From Octopus vulgaris (lineage: Eukaryota), in assembly GCA_951406725.2 (NCBI GenBank), contig OX597814.1, forward strand, positions 50,654,001 to 50,718,000: 64,000 nt of DNA. Reading direction: 5' to 3'. This document shows positions 12,991 to 26,248 of this stretch, one piece after another. The first letter of the stretch is position 1. Each line of letters opens with the position of its first letter. The position numbers and the translations under genes were made by a program. Below the pieces are notes generated by a model. It did no database searches and was not told where the DNA came from. It was given only the letters and a program-made list of their open reading frames with translations.

Positions 12991-13688
12991 ACATCATAAA
13001 AAATTTATAGACTTTAGAGAGGACGAGAACTAATTCTCTTTAGAATATCTCCAAGCTCACTCATAAAGCTAAAAGTAATAGCATGATAATATAGGGCTGA
13101 AAATCCCCATATCAACATACTTTTCCAACCATGTATTTACATGCTATTATACACACACACACCCGCCTAAGACTGTAGGTTATGATTTGAGGGTGATTTA
13201 CCACTATTTTACGCAAATCGTACAACCGTCTCCTAAATGTAACATTAAAGAGATAAGTAGACTACACTTCCAAAGCAGCGAAATCGACGGCAGCAGTTCA
13301 AGAGGAGCAACTGTTGCAGGTGGTAACATGCCGCAAAAAGGGCCCAGACGCAGACAAGTTCGATGGTACGGCGTTGCGTAATGGTCTCTTCGACCTCTTT
13401 GGAGACCGTTTGCAGACTAATACAAGATCAGCTGTCTTGATTTTATCATACCACAGATCATTTTGTATGAGAACGAGAGAGTGAATCTGATATGCACGCA
13501 GCTCCTTCGCACCTTTAAAACAAAAACTTGTTGTAGTCTAGAATCTGTGTCTTGCAGAAAAGACTTTGTAGCACACGATTACCATCCAAGTAAGGATGAA
13601 ACAGGATCACTGTTGCGATTGGAGTATTCCGCACTTTTGTGACAAAGAAATATGCCACTTCTGTAGTTGCATTGCGCAAAGTAGGTGC

Positions 13689-13764
<76 letters not shown>

Positions 13765-13777
13765 GTTTTATTCATAA

Positions 13778-14143
13778 CTAGCAGTATCGCCCGGCGTTGA
13801 TCGGGTTTGTAAGGGAAATAACTATATAAGCATTTTTAGAGATGTAAAGTATAATAGCCATCTCAATATGGCTAACCACAAAGAAATACTGTAGCTTTTT
13901 ACGTTCTGAGATTTAATAATAAACTTTTAGAGAGTTACTTCCCTTATATATGCCAAAAATGCATTAAAAATGAGGAAAATTGATGGTAATTTTTTTTTTA
14001 AATCGTAGACTCATCGTAGACGCGCGCTAATACCCAGAAGGGCTCGATATGAATCACGTTTATAAGATACCCGGTTTTGGTTAAACTGCACGGCAAAATG
14101 TGGGAGTAGTTAGGAATCTAAACCTCTCTTTTATATATAAAGA
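13778..14143 (-). mobile_element. Complete non-autonomous Helitron (366 bp)
   Basis: Minus strand: A|TCTTTATATATAAAAG ... CCCG-ATCAACGC-CGGG..CTAG|T. It has the 5' TC, 3' hairpin plus CTAG, insertion between A and T, and no TSD. Confidence 0.85.
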
Positions 14144-14222
14144 TTTTGTAGGTAGTTTCCAGGTCCTCGTTAAATTTTAAAGGCGAACTATGTGTGTGTA
14201 TGACAGAGAGAGAGAGAGAGAG

Positions 14223-14254
<32 letters not shown>

Positions 14255-14972
14255 CGTGCGTGCGTGAATGTGTGTGTGTATGTGCGTGGGGGCGCGCGTG
14301 TATGAATATTTGTATGTATATGCAGTACATTTATACACATTTATACACGTATCTTTGAGTATATATGTATATTTGCCCTTTGGTCAAGAAAGAAAGAGCA
14401 TGAACCTTTACAAGGCCTGGAAGACTAGTGAGAGGGGGACTAGGAAAGGAAAATATCCTCAACTGGAATTCTGATCTGAATGCTTACAACGAAGAGAAAC
14501 CCTTCTTCTGAAGGCATCTTGGAGAGGGTGATGATGTTAAATTGGGTGACAGATTAAGTTTACTACCCAGGATCATATGTGTGTTCGTTTTGTGTGTATG
14601 TGTATATGCATGTGCTTATGTTTGACTGAGTACATGCGCACGCATGTGTGTGTGTTTGTGTATGCATTGGAAAGTAATGTGTGGTAGAAATAGCAGCTAC
14701 ATCTTCTTCAAGATTTGGTGGTTATTTCTATCCGGTCCAACCCAGCTGATGAAATGCCATCCCCGATCGCACATCCTTCTGAAAGGCATTCTGACTGAAT
14801 ATACAACCCCTGTTTCATGCATAGAGTATACCGGGAACCAAATCATCTAGTTATTGCTATTCTAGCTCCCTGCGGTGCCATAACAACTCCATGACAGCGC
14901 TGCGAGCTTGACTTTAATGGGACTGACTATACTCAGGCTGTTATTAGTTTGTGTTAATGTAGTTGCCGTTGT

Positions 14973-15559
14973 CTTCTTCTTCTTCTTCTTCTTCTTCTTC
15001 TTCTTCTTCTTCTTCTTCTTCTTCTTCTTCTTCTTCTTCTTCTTCTTCTTCTTCTTCTTCTTCGTCTTCTTCTTCTTCCAATCAGGACTCACGCCATTTG
15101 CCACAAAGAATAATCTCTAATTTGAGCCTACTCTAAGCTACTAAGAATGCGTGTGGCAACTTGAAGATCCGCCCACCACACGCGATAGACTGGCGGTTGC
15201 ACGGGCACGAAGGCTACGTTGTAATCCTTATCCCGTAAACGGTGGCTTTTAACGGGTGGAGAGCTGAACCATCCTGGGATACAGAGGATTCGCAATCCAG
15301 ACTAGGGTCTGAAAGTTTACCACACCATAGTGGGTTACACCATGGTTCCTCTGCTTTGTGGAAAAAGTAGGAAGAAAGAGTGAGAGAAAGTTGTGGAGAA
15401 AGAGTACAACAGGGTTCACCACCACCCCGCGCCGGAGCCTCGTGGAGCATAGGTGTTTTATTACTCAATAAACACTCACAATGCCCGGACCGGGAATCGA
15501 AACCGCGTTCTCACGGCCGTGAGTCCGCTGCCCTAACCACTGGGACATTGCGCCTCCAC
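14973..15559 (-). mobile_element. SINE family C with long third tail ending in (GAA)n
   Basis: Head GTGGAGGCGCAATGTCCCAGTGGTTAGGGCAGCGG..GGTTTCGATTCCC at 15559-15490, shared body, unique ~280-bp tail, then (GAA)n at 14973-15078. Confidence 0.75.
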
Positions 15560-15609
15560 TAGTTGCTAGTTGCTGTGTTGATCATTGTTAATATTGTTAT
15601 TGATACTGA

Positions 15610-16256
15610 AGGCGGTGAACTGGCAGAAACGTTAGCACGCCGGGCGAAATGCGTAGCCGTATTTCGTCTGCCGTTACGTTCTAAGTTCAAATCCCGCCAA
15701 GGTCGACTTTGCTTTTCATCCTTTCGGGATCGATTAAATAAGTACCAGTCACGCACTGGGGTCGATATAATCAACTTAATCCGTTTGTCTGTCCTTGTTT
15801 GTCCTCTCTGTGTTTAACCCCTTGTTAGTAGTAAAGAAATAAGTATTTCGTCTGCCGCTACGTTCTGAGTTCAAATTCCGCCGAGGTCGCCTTTGCCTTT
15901 CATCTTTTCGGGGTCGATTAAATAAGTACCAGTTATGAACTGGGGTCGATATAATCGACTTAAATCGTTTGTCTGTCCGTGTTTGTCCTCTCTATGTTTA
16001 GCCCCTTATGGGCAATAAAGAAATAAGAATCGATAGAATGGCGGTGCCCCAGCATGGCCACAGCTCATGAGCTGAAACTAGAATCAATCATAGCATTTCG
16101 TCCTTCTTCACTTTCTGAATTCAAATTCCGCCGAAGCCGACTTCGTCTTTCATCTTTTTGGGGTCGATAAAATAAGTATCAGTTGAGAACTGGGGTCGCT
16201 GCAATCGACTTATCTCCTTCCTGAAATTGCTGGCCTTGTACCATAATTTGAAATCA
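15610..16256 (+). mobile_element. Cluster of SINE family A copies (full, 5'-truncated, short-tail variant) with a family-B-like tail fragment
   Basis: Three successive B box plus GCCTTTCATC..GGGGTCGAT units, and a GGCGGTGCCCCAGCATGGCC fragment at 16040-16080. Confidence 0.9.
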
Positions 16257-16556
16257 ATATTGTTATTGATATCGTTGCTATTATTTTTGTGGTGGTTATT
16301 GTCAGTCCTGATTGAATAAACCTATGCTGTCACAAAATGAAAGCTAACTATTACAAACTGAAATCAAAATATTAAGATGGCGAATTTTTCATTAACAAAA
16401 TGAAAGAAAAACATTACGACTGTGAAAGTTGTAAGGTGTTTTGAAGTTTTAATGAATAAAGTCACATGAAACGGTCGAACAACCATGTAAATGATTTTAA
16501 AAGGGGAAAATCCTAAACGAAATTATTTTGTGAAATATTACAAAACAAACTGTACA

Positions 16557-16718
16557 TTAGGGTTTAGGGTTAGGGTTGGGGTTTAGGGTCAGAATTAGGG
16601 TTTAGAGTTCAGGGTTAGTGCTAATGTTTAAGGTTAGGATTTAGGAGTAGAATTAGAGTTAGAATTTAGAGTTGAGGTTTAATGTTAGTGTTAGGGTTAA
16701 GGGTTTGGGTTTAGAGTC
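16557..16718 (+). repeat. Degenerate (TTAGGG)n-like interstitial tract
   Basis: TTAGGG, TTTAGGG and TTAGAG variants visible directly. Confidence 0.85.
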
Positions 16719-17297
16719 AGTCCGACCAGTGGATGATCCAGAGTTAATCAATTAGCAACATATTTTTAGTGAACATTTAAAATTTTTTTCTAGTACAAGT
16801 GAATAACAAACAGAATCAGATTGAGCGTGAAAAATTAAATCAATATACCAAATTTGAAATTTTTCACTTAATTTTAAAATTCCAAAAGTTGTGACAGCAA
16901 CAGAAAAGACCCATAAAGTTTTCTGTCTGATAAAATAATGCAAAATATACGGCTGAACAGGCATGTAAACAATTTAAAAATGAAAAATTCACGATAATTT
17001 CTGATCTAATTGTAGGTGTCTAATGCATTGTTCTTATATTTTAAAAGACGATAATGATGCAGTATGAGAGACTTCACTATTATCTCAAGCAAGTCAACAC
17101 ATCATTGGAGGAGTGTTTCTCAAACCTTTTCAATAAATAAATACAAGGAAAAGTATGCACCTCTCCATGAACGGACAAAGTATATAAGTATATTGCACAT
17201 TCGTTCGCATAGATACACACACACACTCACACACACACACGGATGCACACACACACACACACATACACACACACACATACATACACATACATATACA

Positions 17298-17500
17298 AGG
17301 TGAACTGGCAAAATTGTTATCACGTTGGGCAACCTTCTTGGTGGAAATTCGTCGGTCTTTACGCCCTGAGTTCAAATGCTGCCGAGGTCGACTTTTCCTT
17401 TCATCCTTTCGGATTCGATAAAATAAGAACCAGTTGGGGGTGATGTAATCGACTTACCCCTTACCCCGGAATTGCAGGCCTTGTGCCGAAATTTGGGATC
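17298..17500 (+). mobile_element. SINE family A, short-tail variant
   Basis: GGTGAACTGGCAAAATTGTT head, GAGTTCAAAT B box, central domain and GGCCTTGTGCC tail. Confidence 0.85.
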
Positions 17501-17514
17501 GATATATATACTAT

Positions 17515-17729
17515 TACTCTTTTATTTCTTTCAGTCATTTGACTACGGCCTTGTTGGAGCACCGCCTTAAACGGTTTTAGTCGAACAAATTGACACTAGG
17601 ACTTTTTTTTTGAAGTCTAGTACTTATTCTATCGGTCTCTTTTGCCGAACCGCTAATACACCAACACCTGTTGAAAGAGGTGATGGGAGGATAAACACAG
17701 ATACAAAGACACATATACATACACATACA

Positions 17730-17773
<44 letters not shown>

Positions 17774-17922
17774 AACGACGAGCTTCTTTCAGTTTCCGTC
17801 TACCAATGCAATCACAAGGCTTTGGTCGGCACGAGGCTATAGTAGAAGACACTTGTCCAAAATACCACGCAGTGGACTCAACTCGGTACCTTGGGGTTAG
17901 GAAGCAAGCTTCTTACCACACA
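17515..17922 (-). mobile_element. SINE family B, near full length
   Basis: Reverse-complement match to 38612-39001. Confidence 0.9.
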
Positions 17923-19240
17923 ACCAATATTAAAAATTGAATTTAAACAAATTAAAGCTGTATACATACCAATGGCGAATAGTAGGTATCTATGAAAAAA
18001 CTTCCATTTTATCAATGTGCTATTGGAACACCAACACAAATTAGATTAGATAAGGGAACATTCTTCATTGAAAACTATAAACCAAAACTTAACCATTCTA
18101 ACATTTTTATACAAGGAAACTCATCTCATTGAAAAAAAGAAAAAAATATAAAGCGATTATCTCACTTATACCGGAAGAAATCCCTGATTTTTTTCCCCTG
18201 CCTGGAACTCCTAACTTCATAACGAAGACTGGACACGATGTAGGGAAAGAAATTTAAGAAAGTTGAAAAGAATATACGAAACCGGTTATTTCTCCAAAAA
18301 CTATGTTACTATACACAAAATTTTCTAACATTTTTCTAACATAACGACTTAAATATATTATTTAACCTTATAACACAAGCCTTCTGTAGTTTTTTCACTC
18401 TTTTTTATTTTTTATGCATCCAAACACGTGCTTTCACACACCAATCTCTCGCCTATATATATATATATATCATACAGAAAACCAAAGAGGTATTTATGTT
18501 AGTCGTGTCCCACAGGTTTCCTATACCTAAGCCTACTTTCTCCTATTGCCAAACTTAAATGCTACTCACTTCATACTTTTGAGTATAGTATCAATAGCAA
18601 TTATTTACTTTAGCTTTACATTTAATAAACAGCAATAATTGAGAAATTGCTATGAAAGAAACCAAGCGTATGAAATTGGCATGCTTTTCGTTCGATTTTT
18701 TTTTCAATCGAACACATTTCACTACTTCTTTTGATTATTTAAACTTGGTTTCTTTTTTTTAAAGCTATTTATACATTTTTTATAATTTTAACAATTTTAA
18801 TAATTGAATTGATAAAGGTTTGGATTGTGTCCAAAAGCAAATATTAATCTCAAGGAGATTAATTTGTAGACGAGGATATAGTCAATTGAATCGATCCTAA
18901 TGTATACTACGTACGGTACTTAAATGATGGATTCCGAAAGAATGAGTAGCAATGTTAACCCTAGCTAATTTTGAATTCAGAACGCATATAGAGAAAAACT
19001 TAGTATGAATATATGGTGTTCAATTCCACAGATTCTGTCACTCCATATCTCTTCCGGGTTTAAGTTTTAGTAGAAATATTTCTAAATGAGCCCAAACGCG
19101 AAATAGATCCCTAAAATTGATAGTATATCATAAAAGGTAAAACGAAGTTAGTCCCCCCTCCTCTAGTTTGCATTAAATTTCATGAACATAGTTACATTAT
19201 TTACATTTGACGGATATTTGTCCTCATCTTCTTCGTTGTT

Positions 19241-19286
19241 AACACAACGTTTCAGCTGATATACCCTCCAGCCTTCATCAGGTGTC
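19241..19286 (-). ncRNA. Minimal type I hammerhead ribozyme, canonical core
   Basis: GACAC-CTGATGA-A-GGCTG gagggtatat CAGCT-GAAACGTT-GTGTT. Stem I is GACAC/GTGTT, stem III the palindrome AACGTT, and the triplet GUU. Confidence 0.75.
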
Positions 19287-19360
19287 TTGGGGAAATTTCG
19301 AACCTGGGTTCTCATTCCTAAGGTATTTTTCAATGGTATTATTATTATTATTATTATTAA

Positions 19361-19433
19361 GGTCACTGCCTGGAATTGAACTCGGAATCTTGAGGTTAGT
19401 AGCCCGCGCTCTTAATCACTACGCCATATGCCC
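19361..19433 (-). promoter_or_regulatory. tRNA-like segment with Pol III A and B boxes (not a functional tRNA)
   Basis: GGGCATATGGCGTAGTGATTAAGAGCG..CTACTAA..GAGTTCAATTCC. The acceptor stem pairs poorly. Confidence 0.65.
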
Positions 19434-20279
19434 GTGAGCAATTATGGAGTGGATTTTTAGGGGTTACAAATCTAATATTTTCCTATCCTTCCTTAATACC
19501 GGTTCCCATATGCTATTCATATCTACACTCGGTCTGCTTAGGAGGTTGTTGTGTCCTAGCATATATGCTGCTTGTTTTAGCTTTCGTATTTTCCAGTGGT
19601 ATTCTCTTTCTATTATTTTAACTTCATCCCATGGGGGGGGGGTAGTCTCTGTTTTTCCATACATGATCAGCTATACCCGATTTATCAATATCTCCTCGTG
19701 TCACAGCTTTGCGATGTTCCTCTGCTCTTATTTTGAGGGGGCGGCCTGTTTCGCCTTTCCATAAACTACCACAGGTGCGTGGGATGGAGTGCACGCAGTT
19801 TTTGGTCATGTTCTCTTCCATTGGTGGTTTTACCCGAAGGAGATATTTGCGAAATGTATTACTCTTGAATACTGTCCTGAAGCAATCCTCAGCTGCATAA
19901 AGACATAGAATTAAATTAAATAAAAACAAACGGGCACATTAGTATAATTTTACCTAAAACCTCCAAGAAGGTAAGAAGATAGACAAAGAACATGCTGTCT
20001 TCACTTCAGCTTAGAAACAGCTGAGGAATGCTGTGCATTTAAATTAATGTAATGATTGCATTGTTCAATTAAATGGAATTGCTTGAAACGATCGTACTGC
20101 ACTACCTCTGGATATCTTTGACACTTATTTTGATTTTATGTGTGTGTGTATGTATATATGTATGTATGCATGTATGTATGTATGTATGTATGTATGTATG
20201 CATGTATGTATGTATGTATGTATGCATGCATGCATGTATGTATGTATGTATGTATGTATGTATGTATGTATGCATGTAC

Positions 20280-21290
<1,011 letters not shown>

Positions 21291-21423
21291 CATACATACA
21301 TACATAATACATACATACATACATGCATACATACATACATAATACATACATACATGCATGCATACATACATACATACATACATACATACATACATACATA
21401 CATACATACATACATACATACAT

Positions 21424-21740
21424 TGGTCTGTAGAGGATGATGAGGCACTCGATGTTGGTTTCCGTGTTGAGTGTGAGGCCTTGTGGGAAGATGGATGGAA
21501 ACATAACGTCGCTACCATTAGTGATCACTCCCAGCACCATGATGCTAACTGGATGTTTGATTTTTATCACTCTCGATACATGTTTTGGAGACACGGTAAA
21601 CCAACGGTTGTTCTGTGTGTTCACCATCTGTTCGTACTGGAGCTATGGGCGTGAATGCCAAGCAGTAGAGCACGTCGTTTCCAAATTTCTAGAAGAGCGA
21701 ATTCTGTTTTTCTCACAGACGGTGCCCAACTGACCCTACT
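21424..21740 (-). pseudogene. maT/DD37D-like Tc1/mariner transposase fragment
   Basis: VNTQNNRW..KHPVSIMVLGVITNGSDVMFPSIFPQGLTLNTE matches the N.QN.R / HP.SVMVWG region that follows the first catalytic Asp. Confidence 0.7.
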
Positions 21741-21827
21741 ATACTGTGTAGTCGACAAAATAAAAAACAAACAACGTGCATGCATGAAATAGAAAATATA
21801 AAATGGCGACAATTTACCCATCGCAAC

Positions 21828-21900
<73 letters not shown>

Positions 21901-22028
21901 TGCGTGCGCGTGTGTGTGTATTATGCACGCACACATGTGTACATATATACGTAAATTATGATATGCATAATTTGTATTTATATATACACACATGTACATA
22001 TATGCGTGTGTGTTTAGAGGGAGAGAGG

Positions 22029-22106
<78 letters not shown>

Positions 22107-22666
22107 CGGGTTAAGAAAAATGAAAGGAAGGAAGAATGAAAGAGAATAAGACATACCTGAACTCGGCAGGGTACATCACATTTCAACTTCATCGAGTGTA
22201 AATTACGAAAACAAAATCGATTTGAAATTTACCTAAACCGTATGTTTGTGTATGTGTGTATGTATGTGTGTGAGTCTCTCTCGCGGTGCGTGTGTGTGAA
22301 TGTACATGTGTATGTGTGTGCATGTGTCTATATGTGTTAGTGCGTAATAATAATAATATATATGTCATATATATTCGTAGAAATTTGTGAAAGGAATTCC
22401 GGTTTTATTTAATAAATGTTTCTAAGTTTATCTGATTGACTGATTTCGATATATTTGTAAGTATAAGTCTTAATGTTGGGGCCTGTTATTAATTTGTGGT
22501 ATTTATCTGTACACTAATTTCAGGGGTTTTTTCTTTTTCTATTTTTAGGTTTGAAATTGTTTAGTGATTCGCGGATAGTTTCATTTGATGAAGATAATTT
22601 TTAGTTGAGAAGTATATGAGTTACCTTCTTAATTTAAGAAGAAAAGGTAAATAGTTACATAAATAA

Positions 22667-22697
<31 letters not shown>

Positions 22698-23509
22698 TGT
22701 ATGTATGTATGTATGTATGTATGTATGTATGTATGTATATATGTATGTACGTACGTATGTATTTATCTATCTATGTATGTATGTATGCATGCATGCATGT
22801 ATGTATGTATGTATGTATGCATGCATGCATGCATACATGTATGTATGTATGTATGTATGTATGTACGTACGTATGTATCTATGTATGTATGTATGTATGT
22901 ATGTAGGCATGCATGCATGTATGTATGTATGCATGCATGCATGCATGTATGTATGTATGTATGTATGTATGTATGTATGTATGTATGTATGTATGTATGC
23001 ATAAATTGTCAGATGCACGGTGAATAGCGTGGATTAAAACGGGGATTTGCATTTTTTTTTTCTTTATACGTTCCGGTAGATTTGAACATAAATATGCAAA
23101 TCGCTGTTGTGCTTCATCACAGAACAACTGTGTGTTCTTAACGCACTCAACTCATTAGCAGAAGGGATCTTAAGACACCTGATTCATTAGCAGAAGGAAT
23201 CTTAAGACAGCCAGTGTTTCGACATGTATGTGTCTCGTCGAAACACCGACTGTCTCAGACACTAGTTCTAGGCATGTGGATGATGGTTTCATATTTTTCA
23301 CAGATCCTACATTGTAGAACTGTTAGGATGGTTGTAGGATATGGATGCATAACTTCTGAGCTCGATAGGAGGGTTCTTGGCATTTGAGGTTACTTGTTGT
23401 AGCCCGATAGGAGGGTCCTTGGCATCTAAGGTTACTTGTTGTTGCCCGATATTAGGATTCTTTTCTTTTCTAACAGTCTAATCTATTTGTGTATATGAAA
23501 AGAACAATA

Positions 23510-23598
23510 CAGCCTCCTGGCTTTCCAGACTCCAGTCGAACCGTCCAACCCATGCTAACATGGAAAACGGACGTTAAACGATGATGATGATGATGGTG

Positions 23599-23630
<32 letters not shown>

Positions 23631-23632
23631 GA
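23510..23632 (+). mobile_element. RTE-type LINE/SINE 3' end with (GAT)n tail
   Basis: CCAGTCGAACCGTCCAACCCATGCTAACATGGAAAACGGACGTTAAACG followed by (ATG)n. Confidence 0.6.
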
Positions 23633-23644
23633 TATATGCATATA

Positions 23645-24135
23645 TGGACGAAAAGGGGAAGGCAAAAATCCTCTGGGACTTTGACTCCCAGACAGGCAAG
23701 GTGTTAGAACACCAAAGGCCTGATATAGTAACCCTTAAGAGGGACAAACAAGAGTTTGATATGGTAGTGCCATATCAACATAAATATCATGAAAGAAAGA
23801 GAAAAGGTTGATGAATATTGGGACCTGAGAATTAAGATCGCTAAGATGTGGCAGCTACGAGAGTCAAACATAAACGTTATCCTCTTGTCATCGGAGCACT
23901 GAGTTCACTACCACCCAATCTGAAAAAAAAACTTTAGAAATACCCTACAATCTAGGTTTATTACAAAAATCGGCATTACTTGGAACCGCACGCATATTGC
24001 ATAAAGTTTTGTTTGGCTGAGGTCCTTGTTCTGACTTGACATTTGGTACGAACCCCCGGTAGACACAATATCTTCAGTCAACAACATCACAATATTGGAT
24101 ACTGTGCGGCGTCTTTCTTCTATAATAATAATAAT
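23645..24135 (+). pseudogene. R4/Dong-clade LINE 3' fragment (restriction-like endonuclease)
   Basis: KILWDF..RPDIV..EKVDEYWDLRIKIAKMW..VIGALSS..LQKSALLGTARILHKVL, then a 3' UTR ending in (TAA)n. Confidence 0.88.
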
Positions 24136-24335
24136 CCTTTCGACACAAGACCTGAAATTTGACGGAGGGGGATAATTGATTATATCGACCCAGTACTCGA
24201 CTGGTACTTATTTTACCAATCCCGAAGATATGAAAGACAAAATCGACCTCGTGGAATTTGAGCTCAGAAAGTAAAAACGGACGAAATGCCGCTATGCCGT
24301 TTACCCAGCACTGTAAAGATTCTGTCAGCTCGCCG
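24136..24335 (-). mobile_element. SINE family A, short-tail variant
   Basis: Reverse complement of the 17298-17500 type. Confidence 0.8.
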
Positions 24336-24426
24336 TCATAAAAATTACAGACAAACCTTGATCCTCTTTCACCATACGAAGCCGAAAATTTGGCCCATTG
24401 ACATAAGATGTACGCACGCGCGTACA

Positions 24427-24497
<71 letters not shown>

Positions 24498-24532
24498 CCA
24501 TACATATAAACAACCACAGAGATTTCGATAGT

Positions 24533-25804
24533 GCAATGGTCAAGATAGTTCTTGCGAAATGTTTAATTCTGGTTTTAAATTATGTATTTTCAAATTAATT
24601 TTCGCTAAATTACTTTGACTTTATATATCATTTTAAAGCCCGTTTTTTGCTCTATCTATTCGTATTACTCTTCTTGTTGAACAATTAGGCCATTTTTTCC
24701 GGAAAGTTGAATACAACATAGACAAAAATCAAATTCGCACAATTTTCTTATTCCAGTTAAAGCTAGGCCGAAAAGCAGCTGAAACAGCTCGCGATATCAA
24801 CGATGGGTTTGGCCTAGGAACCACTAATGAACGTACAGCGCAATGGTGGTTCAAGAAATTTCATAGCGGTGACGAGAGACTTGAAGAGGATAAGCGTAGT
24901 GGACGGCCATCGGATGTTGATAACGATCAACTAAGAGCTTTAGTCGAAGCCAATCCACGCACAACTGTTCGAGAGCTTGCTTCTGAATAAGATGTAACGT
25001 ATACGACAATTTCCAACCACTTGAAAGAGATTGGAAAAACAAAAATACCTTAGAAATGGGCGCCGCACGAATTGAACAACAACCAAAAAAACGCCGTTTT
25101 GAAGTGTCGTCTTCCCTTCTTTTACGCAACAAGAACGACCCGTTTCTCGACCGGATTGTGACTTGCGATGAAAAGTGGATTCTTTACAACAACCGGCGAC
25201 GCTCAGCTCAGTGGTTTGACGCCGACGAAGTTCCACGGCACTTCCCGAAGCCAAAGGTGCACCAAAAGAAGGTCATAGTGATTGTTTGGTCTGCGGCCGG
25301 TCTCATCCATCACAGCTTTTTGGATCCAGGTGAAACCATTCCGGTGGAGATGTACTGTCAGCAAATGGATGAAATGCAAAAGAAACTCCGACAACAGCCA
25401 GCATTAGTCAACAAAAAAGGACCAAGTCTTCTCCATGATAACGCTCGGCCGGACGTCGCACAACTGACCCTGCAGAAGTTGAACGAATTGGGCTACGAAA
25501 CTCTGCCTCATCCACCATACTCACCAGACTCTCGCCTACCGACTACCACTTTTTCAAGCATCTCGAAAACTTCCTGCGTGAGGAATGCTTCAAAAACCAA
25601 GACGATGCCAAACACGCCTTCAACGACTTAATCGCCATCAGAACGCAGGTTTTTACGCTACTGGCATAAATGAACTTGTTTCGCGTTGGCAAAAGTGTGT
25701 TGATTCTGATGGTGTTTATTTCGATTAATAAATTTTGTTTGAGCCGAGATATGTGCATCTGAATTTGAAGGTTAAAAACCGCAAGAACTTTCTTGACAAC
25801 CTAA
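24533..25804 (+). mobile_element. Full-length defective mariner (Hsmar1/cecropia-like, D,D34D)
   Basis: Right TIR AAAAACCGCAAGAACTTTCTTGACAACCTAA|TA and decayed left TIR GTCAAGATAGTTCTTGCG; ~1.27 kb overall. Confidence 0.9.
24718..25729 (+). pseudogene. mariner transposase pseudogene
   Basis: DKNQIRTIFLF..WWFKKF..RSGRPS HTH region, then TCDEKW, HDNARP and HPPYSPD motifs. The start is mutated (ATA), with in-frame stops and frameshifts. Confidence 0.93.
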
Positions 25805-25842
25805 TACAAAAGGGAAAATTTACTTCTGACCATTATTTTGTT

Positions 25843-26248
25843 GCTCTTTACTCTTTTACTTGTTTCAGCCATTTGACTGCGGCCATGCTGGAGCACCGCC
25901 TTTAGTCGGGCAAATCGACTCCAGGACTTATTCTTTGTAAGCCTAGTCCTTATTCTATCGGTCTCTTTTGCCGAACCGCTAGTGTTACGAGGACGTAAAC
26001 ATACCAGCATCGGTTGTCAAGTGATGTTGGGGGGAGGCACACACAGACACACACACACACACACATATATATATACATATACATATATACGACGGGCTTC
26101 TTTCAGTTTCCGTCTACCAAATCCACTCACAAGACTTTGGTCGGCCGGAGGCTATAGTAGAAGACAGTTGCTCAAGATGCCACTCATTGAGACTGAACCC
26201 GGAACCATGAGGTTGGTAAACAAGCTACTTACCACACAGCCACTCCTG
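25843..26248 (-). mobile_element. SINE family B, full length
   Basis: Reverse-complement match to 38612-39001. Confidence 0.92.

Larger units (their letters stand above)
19190..19900 (-). mobile_element. Penelope-like element 3' fragment (GIY-YIG relic plus terminal region)
   Basis: Frameshifted NCVHSIPRTCGSLWKGETGRPLKIRAEEH..KSGIADHVW..WDEVKIIEREYHWKIRKLKQA, followed by a tRNA-like segment and a hammerhead. Confidence 0.85.

Noticed and set aside
13240-13690. Possible host exon or L1/Tx1 zinc-finger relic
   Set aside because: GC-richer but with stops; similarity is too weak to call and there are no convincing splice signals.
16557-16718. True telomere or chromosome fusion site
   Set aside because: The tract is short, degenerate and single-orientation, with no head-to-head CCCTAA array.
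18180-18300. Seventh hammerhead (GAAACCGGTT)
   Set aside because: A palindromic stem III is present downstream of a PLE-like relic, but there is no CTGANGA at the correct distance.
25056-25631. Functional transposase or SETMAR-like CDS
   Set aside because: This is an internal open segment of a frameshifted, stop-containing mariner, and there is no SET domain.
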